Below are positions 8,273 through 19,381 of a stretch of 64,000 nt of DNA, piece by piece; position 1 is the first letter of the stretch; every line of letters starts with the position of its first letter. The notes below the pieces were generated by a model. It was given only the letters and a program-made list of their open reading frames with translations, made no database searches and had not been told where the DNA came from. This DNA is from Candidatus Latescibacterota bacterium (GTDB lineage Bacteria; Latescibacterota; UBA2968), in assembly GCA_965198115.1 (NCBI GenBank), contig OZ240241.1, positions 6,208,001 through 6,272,000 of the forward strand, written 5' to 3'. The position numbers and the translations under genes were made by a program.

Positions 8273-9970
8273 TCAGGCAAAGGCGCCCGCACGCTGGCCG
8301 GGCGGCTCCGACCACGCGCCAGACGGATGCTCGTAGCTGATTTCGATCTCGGCGTCTTCGATGGTCAGCGGGATCTCCGGGGCGGTGCGTTCGTTGCGGC
8401 AACGCGCGCGGACGGTTACGACATTCTCCCCGGGCCGGGGTGGATGATCCCTCAGGTCGAAGATCTGCCAGATGGTCCCGTAGCGGCCGCCGACCGTTCC
8501 CTGCATCACGCCTGGCTCCATCGGGTTCACGAGCGGCACTTCCTCGCCGTTCAGGCGAACCTCCAGCTCGTCCGCAATGGTCAGGCTGTCCACGTGGAGA
8601 TAGAGTCGCACTTCCTTGACGAGCTCCGGCGCGGCGGCTACGTCATCGACGACATCGAACCGAAGCGCCACCGGCTCCTCCGTCACCTCGACGGGTATTT
8701 GTCGGTCCGAATCGAGACAGTTGGCGAACGACGTCTGTGAGCGCATCAGCAGGTAACGCTTGTCCGTGTGCCGAAGGCGCTTGGGGTCGGCGATGTCATC
8801 GAGGGCCGAGACGTTGTCGTAGTCGAAGGTCAGCGTCGTGGCGAACCAGTTGAAGACGTAGAGCCCGTCGACTCCGCGATCGTGGTGGCGCGCAGCAAGC
8901 GCTCTGATCATGTCTTTTGACAACGGTGTCATGACAGGCGGGTTGTAGAACCAGCGATTAAATCCGTTGCTGTGACCCGCGAGATATGATTCCTCGATGG
9001 CGGCGACGATCCACACCGGGGAGTCTTTGCCGAGGCTGACCCATTCGGCGGCGTCGTGTTCCGTTTCCTGGGGGAACCAGGGCGAGGTCACCACGATGTC
9101 CACCAGGTGTTCGTCGATCCACTCGTTGACGTCGAGCCCCATCCGCACCGTGCCGTCCACAGTCGGCGGCACGCGTACGGCCAGTCCAAGCGAACGACCC
9201 TTGGTGCGAGCAATCTCGTCCAATCCTTCCCTCGTCTCGCGGATCATTTGGGTCATCAGCTTGGCGTTGGCCCTCTCGTCGCCGTGACGGAAGAAGGCCG
9301 GCACTCGCAGGAAGTCGAAGAGAAACCCGGTGCAGTCGTACCGTTCGCACACCTCCAGGGCGATGTCGCGTCGCAGGGCACGCACGTCGTCGTGGGCGAA
9401 GTCCTGCATCCAGGGCAGCACGTGGAGCAGCTCGGCACAGTCGGACCAGCCTGCCGCGCCTTCCTTGCCGATGAGCAGATCCTTCCGCCCCTCATAGAAC
9501 TGACTGCCCCCGAGCCGGTAGACCGAGCCGCTATCCGCGTCAAAGTGATGCCAGTCGTTCATGCCGAGACGGAACCAGTGATCGATGCCGAGTCGGTCGG
9601 ACTCGCGCACCATCACCTCTAGCGGGTCGATCCCCTGCGCCCAGGACTGCTTGAGGTTCTCGGCGTGGCGCCAGTAGCGGACGTCACCGAGGGTGGCCCC
9701 GCGTTCGTAGCGCTCGACGAGGAATTCCATCTGGGTGCGCTGGGATTTGAAGGCGGTCACGTAGCCGGCGTCGGGGCCGAGGGCGCAGACGTAGGCGTCT
9801 ACGGGGGTGCCGGCGAGGAAACCGAAGTGGGCTTGGGCCACGGTTTCGGGCGGCATGGGGGGGGTGTAGTGGGACTGGTAGGGGTGGTTCTGGTCCCACA
9901 TAATGCGGTAGGCGCGGTTCAGGCGGCCCTTCGGTTTATTCAATCCGTCCCTCCTGAAGGTGTCATTCAC
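8273..9970 (-). CDS. Paralogous TIM-barrel glycoside hydrolase-like protein
   Basis: GMNDWHH, DFAHDDVR, FDFLR, DGLYVFN; similar to 6592-8238 along its length. Confidence 0.7.
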   Translation of the reverse strand: MNDTFRRDGLNKPKGRLNRAYRIMWDQNHPYQSHYTPPMPPETVAQAHFGFLAGTPVDAYVCALGPDAGYVTAFKSQRTQMEFLVERYERGATLGDVRYWRHAENLKQSWAQGIDPLEVMVRESDRLGIDHWFRLGMNDWHHFDADSGSVYRLGGSQFYEGRKDLLIGKEGAAGWSDCAELLHVLPWMQDFAHDDVRALRRDIALEVCERYDCTGFLFDFLRVPAFFRHGDERANAKLMTQMIRETREGLDEIARTKGRSLGLAVRVPPTVDGTVRMGLDVNEWIDEHLVDIVVTSPWFPQETEHDAAEWVSLGKDSPVWIVAAIEESYLAGHSNGFNRWFYNPPVMTPLSKDMIRALAARHHDRGVDGLYVFNWFATTLTFDYDNVSALDDIADPKRLRHTDKRYLLMRSQTSFANCLDSDRQIPVEVTEEPVALRFDVVDDVAAAPELVKEVRLYLHVDSLTIADELEVRLNGEEVPLVNPMEPGVMQGTVGGRYGTIWQIFDLRDHPPRPGENVVTVRARCRNERTAPEIPLTIEDAEIEISYEHPSGAWSEPPGQRAGAFA

Positions 9971-10501
9971 GCACGCACCGGGTTCGCCACCCAGCTTTGA
10001 GGGTTTTTACAAGCACCCCCGCACGAAACATGCTCAGAGTCCGCCGAGGATGTGCGAGGATCTGCCAGGCCGTTGATGAAGTCGAGGCGGTAGCGGAGAG
10101 CTCGTTGCGAACAAAAAATAAACCACGTTCTCTCGTCCCCAAGCAAGGGAATCTGGCTCGGGTGATAAGCGCGTTCGGGCGGCCACCCTCCGCAGTAGCG
10201 CTGCAACGGAGGACAGGTGGCGGAGGGTGCGGTAGCCTAATTGCATGATGCTTGGTCGAGTCGCTGAGTTGCAGCCAACTGGGTCTGTCTGCCGGCGCAG
10301 GTTGCGCTGCGCACCCTGCGGGGACATACTTCTCCCCGTTCGCGCACAAGGAGTCGAAGGTAGAAGTGGGGTTGATCCGCGTATCTGCGGCAGGTGGAGT
10401 TCCGATGATTGTTGAACACGAGGTCAGACCGACCCCGTCGAGGAATATGAACATCTTGTGCATTGGCACCTCGTGCACCAACCCGGAAGACCAGAGACAC
10501 G

Positions 10502-11617
10502 GTGGCAGACAACCAACTGAAAGCGGTCACCATCGCTGCTACCGGTCGTGGTGGCGCCGGTCACCGCATGCACCGCGCGTTCGAGATGAACCCGCGGGTG
10601 GAGATGGCCGCGCTTGCCGATCCCGACGCAGAAGGTCGGGAGCAACTCGCGGCCGAGTGTGGTGCCACAGCCACCTATGCGGATTACCGCGAGATGCTGG
10701 AGCGCGAGAAGCCGGATATCGCGGTGATTGCCCGTCACTGGTTCGATGATGAGCGCGTCGAGGAGCTGCTGGTGGCCCTGGATGCGGGCGTCAAGGGCGT
10801 GTTTGTTGAAAAGCCGATCGCCGCCTGGCCGGACCAAGCCCGACAGATTCAGGCGGCTGCAGCGGATCGCCAGGTGCCGGTGTTGCTCGCACACCGCAGC
10901 CGTGAGCACCCAACATTGCAGGAGATTCGCCGGCGCGCCAAGGTAGATGAGTGGGGTCCCCTTACCCGAGTTCGCACCATGGATAAGGGCGACCATCGAG
11001 CTGGTGTGCACGAGGCGATGATCCACACCCCCCACGTCTTCGACGCTATGCTCTACGTGGCCGACGAGGTCCCCACCTCCTGCTGGGGGGCGGTCACGCT
11101 CGAAGGGCGTCCTGCCACCCGTGAGGACGCCCGCGGCGTCGAGTACCTCGGTGCCGGCCCGATGGCGGGCGATAGGATCTCGGCTCAGTACCAGTTCCCG
11201 AGCGGAGTTGTGGGCACGTTCGAATCCATGCCGGTAGGCGATGGCAGTTACGGCAGCGACCGTCTGGGAGTTGATTTCTACTTCCAGAATGCCATCGTTA
11301 CTGCCCGGAACCAGCCCCTCGGCCAGTTCCACGTCTTTCCACGCGGAGACGTGTTTCCGGCCGAGCCCCGCGTTGAGTGGACGGCCCTTGAGACCGATCA
11401 GAGGATTCCAGCGGGCGTCCACCCAACGGACTGGAGCAATCACGTCATCTGTGAAGACCTGGTCAGGCTCATCGATGGCGGGGAGCCACGTCCGGAGTCG
11501 CCGACCATAGAGGTCGGTGTGATCGGCGTCGAGATGCTGGTGGGTGCGTACCAATCACATCTTCAGGGTAAGCGTGTCGATCTGCCGTTAGCCGATCCGG
11601 GGAATCCCTGGTTGTAG
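10502..11617 (+). CDS. Gfo/Idh/MocA oxidoreductase
   Basis: YADYREMLEREKPDI and VEKP motifs; GTG start 10502 chosen. Confidence 0.88.
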   Translation: MADNQLKAVTIAATGRGGAGHRMHRAFEMNPRVEMAALADPDAEGREQLAAECGATATYADYREMLEREKPDIAVIARHWFDDERVEELLVALDAGVKGVFVEKPIAAWPDQARQIQAAAADRQVPVLLAHRSREHPTLQEIRRRAKVDEWGPLTRVRTMDKGDHRAGVHEAMIHTPHVFDAMLYVADEVPTSCWGAVTLEGRPATREDARGVEYLGAGPMAGDRISAQYQFPSGVVGTFESMPVGDGSYGSDRLGVDFYFQNAIVTARNQPLGQFHVFPRGDVFPAEPRVEWTALETDQRIPAGVHPTDWSNHVICEDLVRLIDGGEPRPESPTIEVGVIGVEMLVGAYQSHLQGKRVDLPLADPGNPWL

Positions 11618-11647
11618 CGTGCGATGAGAGGTGTTGAGGGAGGAACG

Positions 11648-12817
11648 ATGAAAACATATCGAGTTGCCATCTTGGGTTGCCGATCCCGCGGAACGTCAGC
11701 CGCTAGAGTCTACCACGCCCATCCTCGAACCGAAGTGGTCGGTCTGTGCGACCTGCTCGAGGATCGGTTAAACGTCCTGGGCGATGAGCTCGACGTCTCT
11801 GCCCGATTCACCGATCTGGACGAGATGATTCGCACGACGCAGCCGGATATCGTCGCCATTCCCACTGCGCCATCTCTGCACGCTCCGCTGGCCCTGCGCG
11901 TGCTGGAGCACGGCGTGCATATCGAAGTTGAAAAACCGATGGGCATGGATCTGCTCGAGACCGATGCCGTGATGGAGAAAGCCGAGGAAAAAGGCGTTCA
12001 GGTCGCGGTGCATCACCAGTGGCGTCTACACGCCTGGGCGCAGGCCATCAGCCGGCTTTACCAATCCGGCAAGATCGGCGAGCTCCGCTACATTTACGCC
12101 AGCGGCAAAGGTTACTATGGTGGTTTCGGGTTGATGGAAATCGGCACGCACTTGCTGAACAGCGTGATCAAATACGGGGGCCACTGTCAGAGTGTCACGG
12201 CGCACGCCACCACACGTGGCCGTCCGATCACGCCGCAGGATGTATTGCCGGCTCCCAGAGGAAATGGAACCATCGCGGGGGATCGAGTCACGGCATCGCT
12301 ACAGTTTGCCAACGGTGTGACGGGCACGCTCCTTCAGCATCACTTCGATAAGAACAACATAGATGCCCACGTGATCGAACTCTATGGCACGGAGGGGCGG
12401 CTGCTGTGGCATACGCGAGGCGCGTGGCACCTGCCCAATCCGCACCTGGTGCCCGCGAATAACCTGGATCGATGGCAGAAACTGACGCCCATCTATCCAG
12501 AGAGCTTTGAGGAGGCAGCCAAAACGATCCCCAACGGGAATCACACCGACGGTGACTACTGGTTCGTGGACGAATATGTCCGGGCTCTGGACGAAGGTCG
12601 GGAGCACGAATGTAGCGGTTACGAGGGCCGCCACGTGGTGGAGATCATTATGGGCATCTTTGAATCGGCCGCCTATGGCACCCGTGTCGATCTCCCGCAA
12701 CCCGATCGTGAACATCCGCTGCTACGGTGGCGTAACGAGGCCGGCTTAGGACCACCTGAATCTATGCCAATGATCGATAAAGAGTGGCTTGAAGAAGAAA
12801 ACAGACGACTGGGTTGA
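11648..12817 (+). CDS. Gfo/Idh/MocA oxidoreductase
   Basis: VAILGCRSRG, EVEKPM, GTH; RBS GGAGGA before ATG 11648. Confidence 0.9.
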   Translation: MKTYRVAILGCRSRGTSAARVYHAHPRTEVVGLCDLLEDRLNVLGDELDVSARFTDLDEMIRTTQPDIVAIPTAPSLHAPLALRVLEHGVHIEVEKPMGMDLLETDAVMEKAEEKGVQVAVHHQWRLHAWAQAISRLYQSGKIGELRYIYASGKGYYGGFGLMEIGTHLLNSVIKYGGHCQSVTAHATTRGRPITPQDVLPAPRGNGTIAGDRVTASLQFANGVTGTLLQHHFDKNNIDAHVIELYGTEGRLLWHTRGAWHLPNPHLVPANNLDRWQKLTPIYPESFEEAAKTIPNGNHTDGDYWFVDEYVRALDEGREHECSGYEGRHVVEIIMGIFESAAYGTRVDLPQPDREHPLLRWRNEAGLGPPESMPMIDKEWLEEENRRLG

Positions 12818-12983
12818 ATACTATCGGGAGTCTATCGGCCAATTGATGTTCAGCGAGGTAAGAGAGAAGGACTAGAGGACAAGTGCGTCCGGGAGGATCA
12901 CTCCCAACTTTTCGGATCGCTAGCGGTCGAGCAACGCCAGTGTCGGAGCACGGATAGAAAGATCGAGGAATGACCGAAGGGCA

Positions 12984-13016
12984 GGGCTACGACCGTGGGT
13001 GTCGTAGCCCCTGTTT
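12984..13016 (+). terminator. Hairpin, probable terminator between convergent genes
   Basis: GGGCTACGAC-loop-GTCGTAGCCC 10-bp stem. Confidence 0.5.
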
Positions 13017-13086
13017 CGTGTGTACGGTTGTGGCGTTAGGATCGACCTCTCCTGTCTTCAATCGATTCTAGCCAGCGACCCGGGCG

Positions 13087-13110
13087 TCCTTCGACTCCGC
13101 TCAGGATGAC
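13087..13110 (+). repeat. REP-like palindromic repeat (CCCTTCGACTCCGCTCAGGACAGGC family)
   Basis: Related copies at 21447, 25296, 28395, 31634, 39137/39188, 59745 and 63644. Confidence 0.75.
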
Positions 13111-13138
13111 CGGGTCGTTTTCGTTAGCTCTCCTGAGA

Positions 13139-14220
13139 TTATCTCCGCACAGGTTGGCCGGTGAGGTAAGCCTTGGTGATGTCGATGATGAGCTCGACGT
13201 CGTGGCGTGCTTCGGCGAGGGACGTGCGGCATTCGACCCCTTGCGTGATGCACGCGTGGAAGTGACGCAGCTCCGCGGTAAAGGCGCTCTCCCAGGGTAT
13301 CGCGGGATCCTTTCGATAGGACGTTCCGTTTTCGTCGATTCCGTGAACCGTGAGGGTCGAGAGCACGTGTCGTGAAAATCCTGTCGGGTAGGTGAGCAGG
13401 ACACGCTTGTCGTCGCCGTAGATCTCGAGCGTCTCCCGAAAGTCCCAGAGCTTCTCGAGGTCGACTCGGCTGATAACGCATCGGGCGCCATTGGGGTATT
13501 CGAGGACGGAGGTGATGGATCGGCCGTTCTTCCAGACCTCCGCGCTGAGGACGGCGCTCGGGATTCCAACCATATTGCGCAGGCTGTAGAGATCGTGGAT
13601 CAGACCGTAGGCGATTCCACATTCCGACTCCGCCCGGTCGGTGAGGTCGCCGAAGGCTTCTCGAAGCTTTTCACGGTAGGCTTTACGTCGTTTTTCTCGG
13701 ATATCGTCGCGCAGCGAGCCGTGGTATTGCAGGTTGAAGTGCGCGAGATGGAGGTCGTTGCTGGGATGGAGGTGGTTGATCTGGATGAAGCTGAACGGCA
13801 TTCCCTCGACTTCCTTTTGGGCGAGGATGAAAGCGGGATCGTAAGCCTTCATGTAGGCCGCCTGGCCCACTCTGCCCGAGCGTTCCATCGCCTCGATCAT
13901 CTTATCCGCCTCCTGCAACGAGGCGCAGACGGGCTTTTCGATGAGGACGTGCTTGCCGGCGTCGAAGACTGCGACGGCCTCTTCGCTTTCGGGTCGGTGT
14001 GACACAGAAGCACGGCATCGATGTCGGCCGAGAGGAGATCGTCCACGTGGCTGACGTGGCGGGGGACCCTGAAGCAGTCGGCTACGTACTTCGCCTGATC
14101 TGGGGACAGATCGCAAACGATGGGGACTTCGTAGGCCTCGTCGAGCTCGAGGAGATTGGGCAGGTGCTGAACCTGTGCGATCGCACCACAACCCAGGATG
14201 CCGATTTTCACGCGGGACAT
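13139..14220 (-). CDS. Gfo/Idh/MocA oxidoreductase, frameshift ~13990
   Basis: MSRVKIGILGCGAIAQVQHLP in one frame; GKHVLIEKP...IHDL in the next. Confidence 0.85.
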
Positions 14221-14255
14221 TGGACTCTCTCGTGTCTGGGGATTGATGTGTAGGA

Positions 14256-14918
14256 CTATTTGCGCGCGTAGTGTGCGTTCACCGAACCCGCCCTGGGGGC
14301 GAGGGTGTTCCACGTGTCAGCGGTGGTGTGCATCTGTTTGAAGAGCTCCAGCTGAGGTGCCCACATCGACTCGCGAAGTTCTGATGCTGCTTTGAGGTCA
14401 TCCGAGGATAGCACCTCTTTTAGGAGGGCCCCCTTTTCTTCCTGCACCCGAAGGTTTTCCTCGGCTCGTTCAAGAAGCCCACGGGCGGTCTCGATGTGAC
14501 GATCGATCAGGTTGTCAACGGGCGTGTCGGAATCCGTTTTGGTGTTGTAGTCGCTCGAAGGACGGAAGTGGGGGGGCAGACGGTTCTGATCGTCATCGTA
14601 GAACGTATGCGTCGGCTGGATGTGGGGTGTCACCGAGAGATACATCAGGACCGGCTCGTCGCCCACGACCCTGACCGAGTGCGGCTCATCCGTCAATGCG
14701 TAACACATCTGGCCAGGACCGAGCTCGTTGACGTCTCCGCTGATTTGGAACTCGACGCGTCCTTCGAGGATGATGAAGATTTCGTGGCCAAGATCGTGCG
14801 TGTGGCCGAAGTCGAGTTTATCCGATCCCGGCTCGAGACGGCAAAACCGCGCACGGATCTGAGGTGTGACGAGGATATTGCGAATGTCCTCGCGGCAATC
14901 GTAGACGGTGAAACCCAT
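14256..14918 (-). CDS. Cupin-domain protein
   Basis: GHTHDLGHEIFIILEG...PHSVR metal-binding cupin motifs. Confidence 0.8.
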   Translation of the reverse strand: MGFTVYDCREDIRNILVTPQIRARFCRLEPGSDKLDFGHTHDLGHEIFIILEGRVEFQISGDVNELGPGQMCYALTDEPHSVRVVGDEPVLMYLSVTPHIQPTHTFYDDDQNRLPPHFRPSSDYNTKTDSDTPVDNLIDRHIETARGLLERAEENLRVQEEKGALLKEVLSSDDLKAASELRESMWAPQLELFKQMHTTADTWNTLAPRAGSVNAHYARK

Positions 14919-15110
14919 TTGCGGAACCTCCTCTTCAGCTGAACCATCAATGCTCGAGCAGGCGTCCCTCGACACGGGCCCTTCGGGTCTGCTCGGGATG
15001 CGAACTGGCGTGGCAAAACTTGATGCGCCGCTTGCTGTGGGACCCAACTCCAGTTGGGGAATGACCCATGGCGCGAAGCAGGTGTGCCTGAGAATGGGGC
15101 GCAGAAATGC

Positions 15111-16300
15111 TTACAATCCCAGCGCCGCGTCAATCTCCTCCTGATAAGTCCGTACCGATCCTGACAGCATTTCTTCCATTGTGACCGAACGCCCGATAGC
15201 TGCCGACTCATACGCCCCGAGGATGGCGGCCACTGCTTTGGTTCCTGTGAGACCATCAACTTCGGGTTGTCCTCCTGTCAGGATCGCTCGAGCGAAGTCA
15301 TGATACTCGATGGCGAGGTGTCTGGCGTCGATCGCATAGCCGGGATGCGGTGCGTCTGTGGGCATATCGTACTCGACACCATCTGGACCGAAGAGGCGTT
15401 CTGTGATGTCGTTGAACTGAAAGTCCGGAACCAGAGCGAGAATCTCTTTTCCTCGCAATTCTTCACCTTCCAATCGAAGCAAAACGAGATTCCCGTTACG
15501 TTCGCCCGGTGCGTAGACTGATCCCAGTTGTCCGTGAACAGATCGCTCCCATCCTTGCCCCCCTCGTCCCTCTGCCAGTGTCAATTGTGCGACGACGTCC
15601 GACGCCATCCGATAGAGGGCGACGACGGAATCCTCGCCTGTCGCCTCGACCGAATCGGGATAAGTCTTTACGCGTTCGCCGATAGGATTCGAGGGGATGA
15701 TTCTCGTGGTCCGGCTTGCGACGCACGGGCTCGACGATGAATCCGCTTCCGAACATCTGATCATACTCGCCCAGGTAATACTGGATGATATCTGCATAGT
15801 GCACGCCCATATCAAGGCCGATGGCCCCTTTTTCCTTGAGATGTCGCCAAGGCGTGATGGCCATCGAGTCGCCGCCGCCGACCGAGGTCTGCATCAGCAG
15901 GAATGGATCGCCCAGCAAGCGGGCGTCGAGAATGGCTTTGACGAGACGGTTGGGAGGATCGCGGCGGTAATTCTCGGCGGTGGCGAGGAGAGCGTTGCCT
16001 TGACGCGCGGCCCCGATCAAGTGCTGGCAAGCGCGGATCGTGATGCCTAGGGGCTTTTCGACGAGCGCGTGTTTGCCGGCCGCAAGAGCGGGCGCCGCGA
16101 CCTGGTGATGGGTCGAGCCGTCGGTAACGACGTCGACGGCGAGGATGTCCTCGCGTGCCAGCACTTGGTCGAGGTCCGTCAGGACGAGCGGTTTGCGGCC
16201 GAACAGACGTTCCACTTCCCGGGCAGTGAACTCCGCGTTTTCTTTGCGGATGTCGCACACGGCCATCAGCTCCACGTTCCCGATTCCGCTGTCTTCCAGC
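15111..16300 (-). pseudogene. Gfo/Idh/MocA oxidoreductase, 5'-truncated by IS630, frameshift ~15680
   Basis: AVCDIR, GKHALVEKP, DMGVHYAD; N-terminal Rossmann glycine motif is missing at the IS boundary. Confidence 0.85.
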
Positions 16301-17562
16301 GTTCTCCTGTTCTCAAATACGGTGACGTATTCTAAGCAGACTTTGCCAAGGGCGTATCGTAGAACCTGAGTTTGTCGATCATCTCCGCGAGATCTGTTCG
16401 TGTGAACTTCCATTTGAAGGGTGTGGCGATACGTCCGTAGCGTTCCTGAAAACCGAGGATTCTTGCCTCAAGCTCTTCGAGCGATGCAAATTCGATAGGT
16501 GTCAGAGCCTTGCGTTTGAGGATCGAGAAGTAGATCTCGATCTGATTGAGCCAGCTTGCGTGGATCGGAAGGTGAACGGGGTGGATGTTTGGCCACTTCC
16601 CCTGGATACGGTCGATGCATGTTTGCCCTCGGTGCGAGGAGCCATTATCCACGATGAGGTAGACTTTCTTTGCCGAGCAATAGGGTTTCCGGCTCATGAT
16701 CAGGCTCAGGAGCCGGTTGAAGGGCTCGATACCCGAAGAAGACTCACAGAGACCGAAGATTCGACCATTGTGCACGTCGAGAGCAGCCAGATAGGCCAGG
16801 GCTCCTTTCCGCTCGTATTCGTGTTTCAACGCGTGCCGCTCTGTTCGAGGCTGGCGGTAGGGTAACGTGCTTGCGAGCTCGTGCTTGAATACTGGTCTTT
16901 TCGTCGGCAGAAAGTACATATTCCCTCGGCCCTAAAGGCTTTCCTTGCCATTGGCGGTGATACAGATCAAGGACTCTACCTGCTTTGGTTTGGAAGTCCG
17001 GGTCCCGTGGGAAAATCCAGGAGCGATGATACCAAGGACGAATCGCGTCCTCGTTCAACCAGCGCCAGACAGTGGCGCCGCTGATCTTGGCAACGAAGCC
17101 CCTTTGCACTGCCTCGGCGGCAATCTCGGAACAGCTGAACCGCGAGAGCGGTATCCCGCTCTCGCTCGGTAGTTCACACGCCAGCGCCTTGATCTGAACG
17201 ACCACCTGAGGGGGGAAAACCGGGCGGGCGCCCGGGACGAGATCTATCTTCGAGTCCCGAAAGACGCTCTTCGAAAAAGCGCTTACGCCATTTGCTTACG
17301 ATCGGACGCGGGACATCCAACCGTTGGGCGATAATCTTGTTGGATAATCCCTCGGCGGCGAGAAGCACGATTTTCGATCGGATCACTTGATAATACGGTA
17401 ACGTATATTGTCCAGCCATTCGCTCGAGGTCGACCCGTTCCTTCTCAGACAGTAGCACCACATAAGGCGAACGTCTTGGCATTGTTCTCCTCCTTTTGAA
17501 GGAGAACATAAGCTACAAATAATGTTCAGGACATACGTAATAATGTTTATGAAACCATGCAC
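16301..17562 (-). mobile_element. IS630-family element type B, copy 1 (1262 bp); transposase in three frames (17174-17509, 16744-17205, 16332-16919)
   Basis: HTH (KWRKRF...LEDRSRPGRP), DEKT, IVDN, HASWLNQIEIYF; near-identical to 40750-42011; TTA on the right flank only. Confidence 0.93.
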
Positions 17563-17597
17563 TTAGATTAGCTGCCCACCTCCCAAGGAGAACCCGA

Positions 17598-19315
17598 ATG
17601 AATGACCCGTCCACCCTCGGACCGATCGAGCTTGAATTGTTCAAGAACGCGCTCGAGTCGATCGTCGATGAGATGGCGTTGACCGTCGTGCGGACAGCCT
17701 ATTCGACGAATCTGAAGAATTCGATGGATTTCTCGACGGGTCTTTGCGATACGAATGGCGCGCTCATCGCCCAGGGGCTGTGTCTGCCGCTTCATCTGGG
17801 CAGTCTCCCCGATGGGATGGCGGCGGTCCTTGCGCGGTATTCCGATTCGATTGTTGAGGGCGACGTTTTCATTCTCAACGACCCGTATGAAGGCGGCACG
17901 CATCTGCCCGATATCTACGTCTACCGTCCGATTTTCGTCGAGGACGTTCTGGTCGGATTCGCCGCGGCGATTGCACACCACACGGATATCGGAGGACGAG
18001 TCGCGGGTGGGAATGCGTGCGACAGCACGGAGATCTACCAGGAAGGGCTTCGTATCCCCCCGGTCCGACTCTATGAGGGCGGGCGACCGGTTCAGGCGCT
18101 CTTCGATCTGATCGAGCGCAACGTTCGGGTTCCCCAATACGCGCTGGGGGATCTTCGTGCGCAGCTGTCGGCGTGTCACATCGCGCAGCGAGAGGTCGAG
18201 GGGCTCGCTCAGCGGTATGGTGTCGAAGGCTTGCGAATGAGCTTTGCCTCGCTGCTGGATTACGGGGAGCGACTGACACGGGCCGAGATCGAGAAGATGC
18301 CGGACGGCGTGTATTCCTTCGACGATCAGATCGACGGCGATGGGATCGATCCGGGTTCGATCCCGATGCGTGTGACGATCACGGTCGAGGGATCGCACCT
18401 CACCGCCGATTTCGAGGGAACGGCGCCTCAAGTGAGGGGGGCGATCAATTCGGCGTTGTCTTTCACGAGATCTGCGGTCTACGCGTGCGTGCGCTGTTTG
18501 ATCAGTGCGGATGTTCCGACGAACACGGGCTTCTTCCGGTGTATCGAGGTGATCGCGCCGGAGGCGTCCCTGGTGAATCCGGTCCTACCCGCTCCCGTTG
18601 CCGCCCGAGGACTGACGGGATTCCGGTTGGCGAACGTAATTATGGGCGCGTTGGCGAGTCTCGCGCCCGATCGGATCCCGGCGTGCGAGGTCGGAGGGGA
18701 CACGGGTATCAGCGTGGGTGGCTATCGGGCCGACCGGACGGCATTCGTGTTCCTCGAGTTTCTGTTCTCGGGTTGGGGTGGGCGACCGGATCGAGACGGC
18801 ATCGACGGATGCGCGAGCGTCGTGGTGAATTTCTCCAACAATCCGGCGGAGGTGGTCGAGGCGGAGTACCCGCTCGAAATCCTGCAATACGGATTCCTGA
18901 CCGACACCGGCGGGCCCGGTCGATACAGAGGTGGGCTCGGGATCGTACGGGAGTATCGATTTACGGAAGCGGAAGGCGTTTTGCAGATTCGGTCGGACCG
19001 CCACGCCTCACGGCCCTACGGGCTGGCCGGCGGGAAGCCAGGGGCTGCGTCGAGCAATGTCCTGAATCCCGAGGGAGAGTCGGAAACGTTGCCAAGACGC
19101 TGGTCCAACTCCGAAGGGGTGATGTCCTGAGGCATGCGCCCGCGGGAGCGGGCGGGCACGGCGATCCGCTCGAGCGGGATACGACAGCCGTTCTGAACGA
19201 TGTTCGCGATGAGAAGGTGTCCGTTGGTGCGGCGGAAAGAGATTACGGCGTGGCGATCGATGTGGGGACGTGGGAAGTGGATGGGGTACGGACGTCTGAA
19301 TTGAGGGGACGTTGA
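17598..19315 (+). CDS. Hydantoinase B/oxoprolinase family protein, frameshift ~19095
   Basis: RTAYS, NDPYEGGTHLPD, HHTDIGG, EIYQEGLRIPP, GGPGRYRGG, GGHGDPLER. Confidence 0.9.
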
Positions 19316-19381
19316 GGAAGGGTGTTCAGTGGTTCAGTGTTCGGTGTTCAGGAAAGCGGTGAACTGATCCGGCAAAGACGT

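Noticed and set aside
11615-11650. Read-through fusion of the two in-frame Gfo/Idh/MocA genes
   Set aside because: The second gene has its own strong RBS and both are complete single-domain proteins
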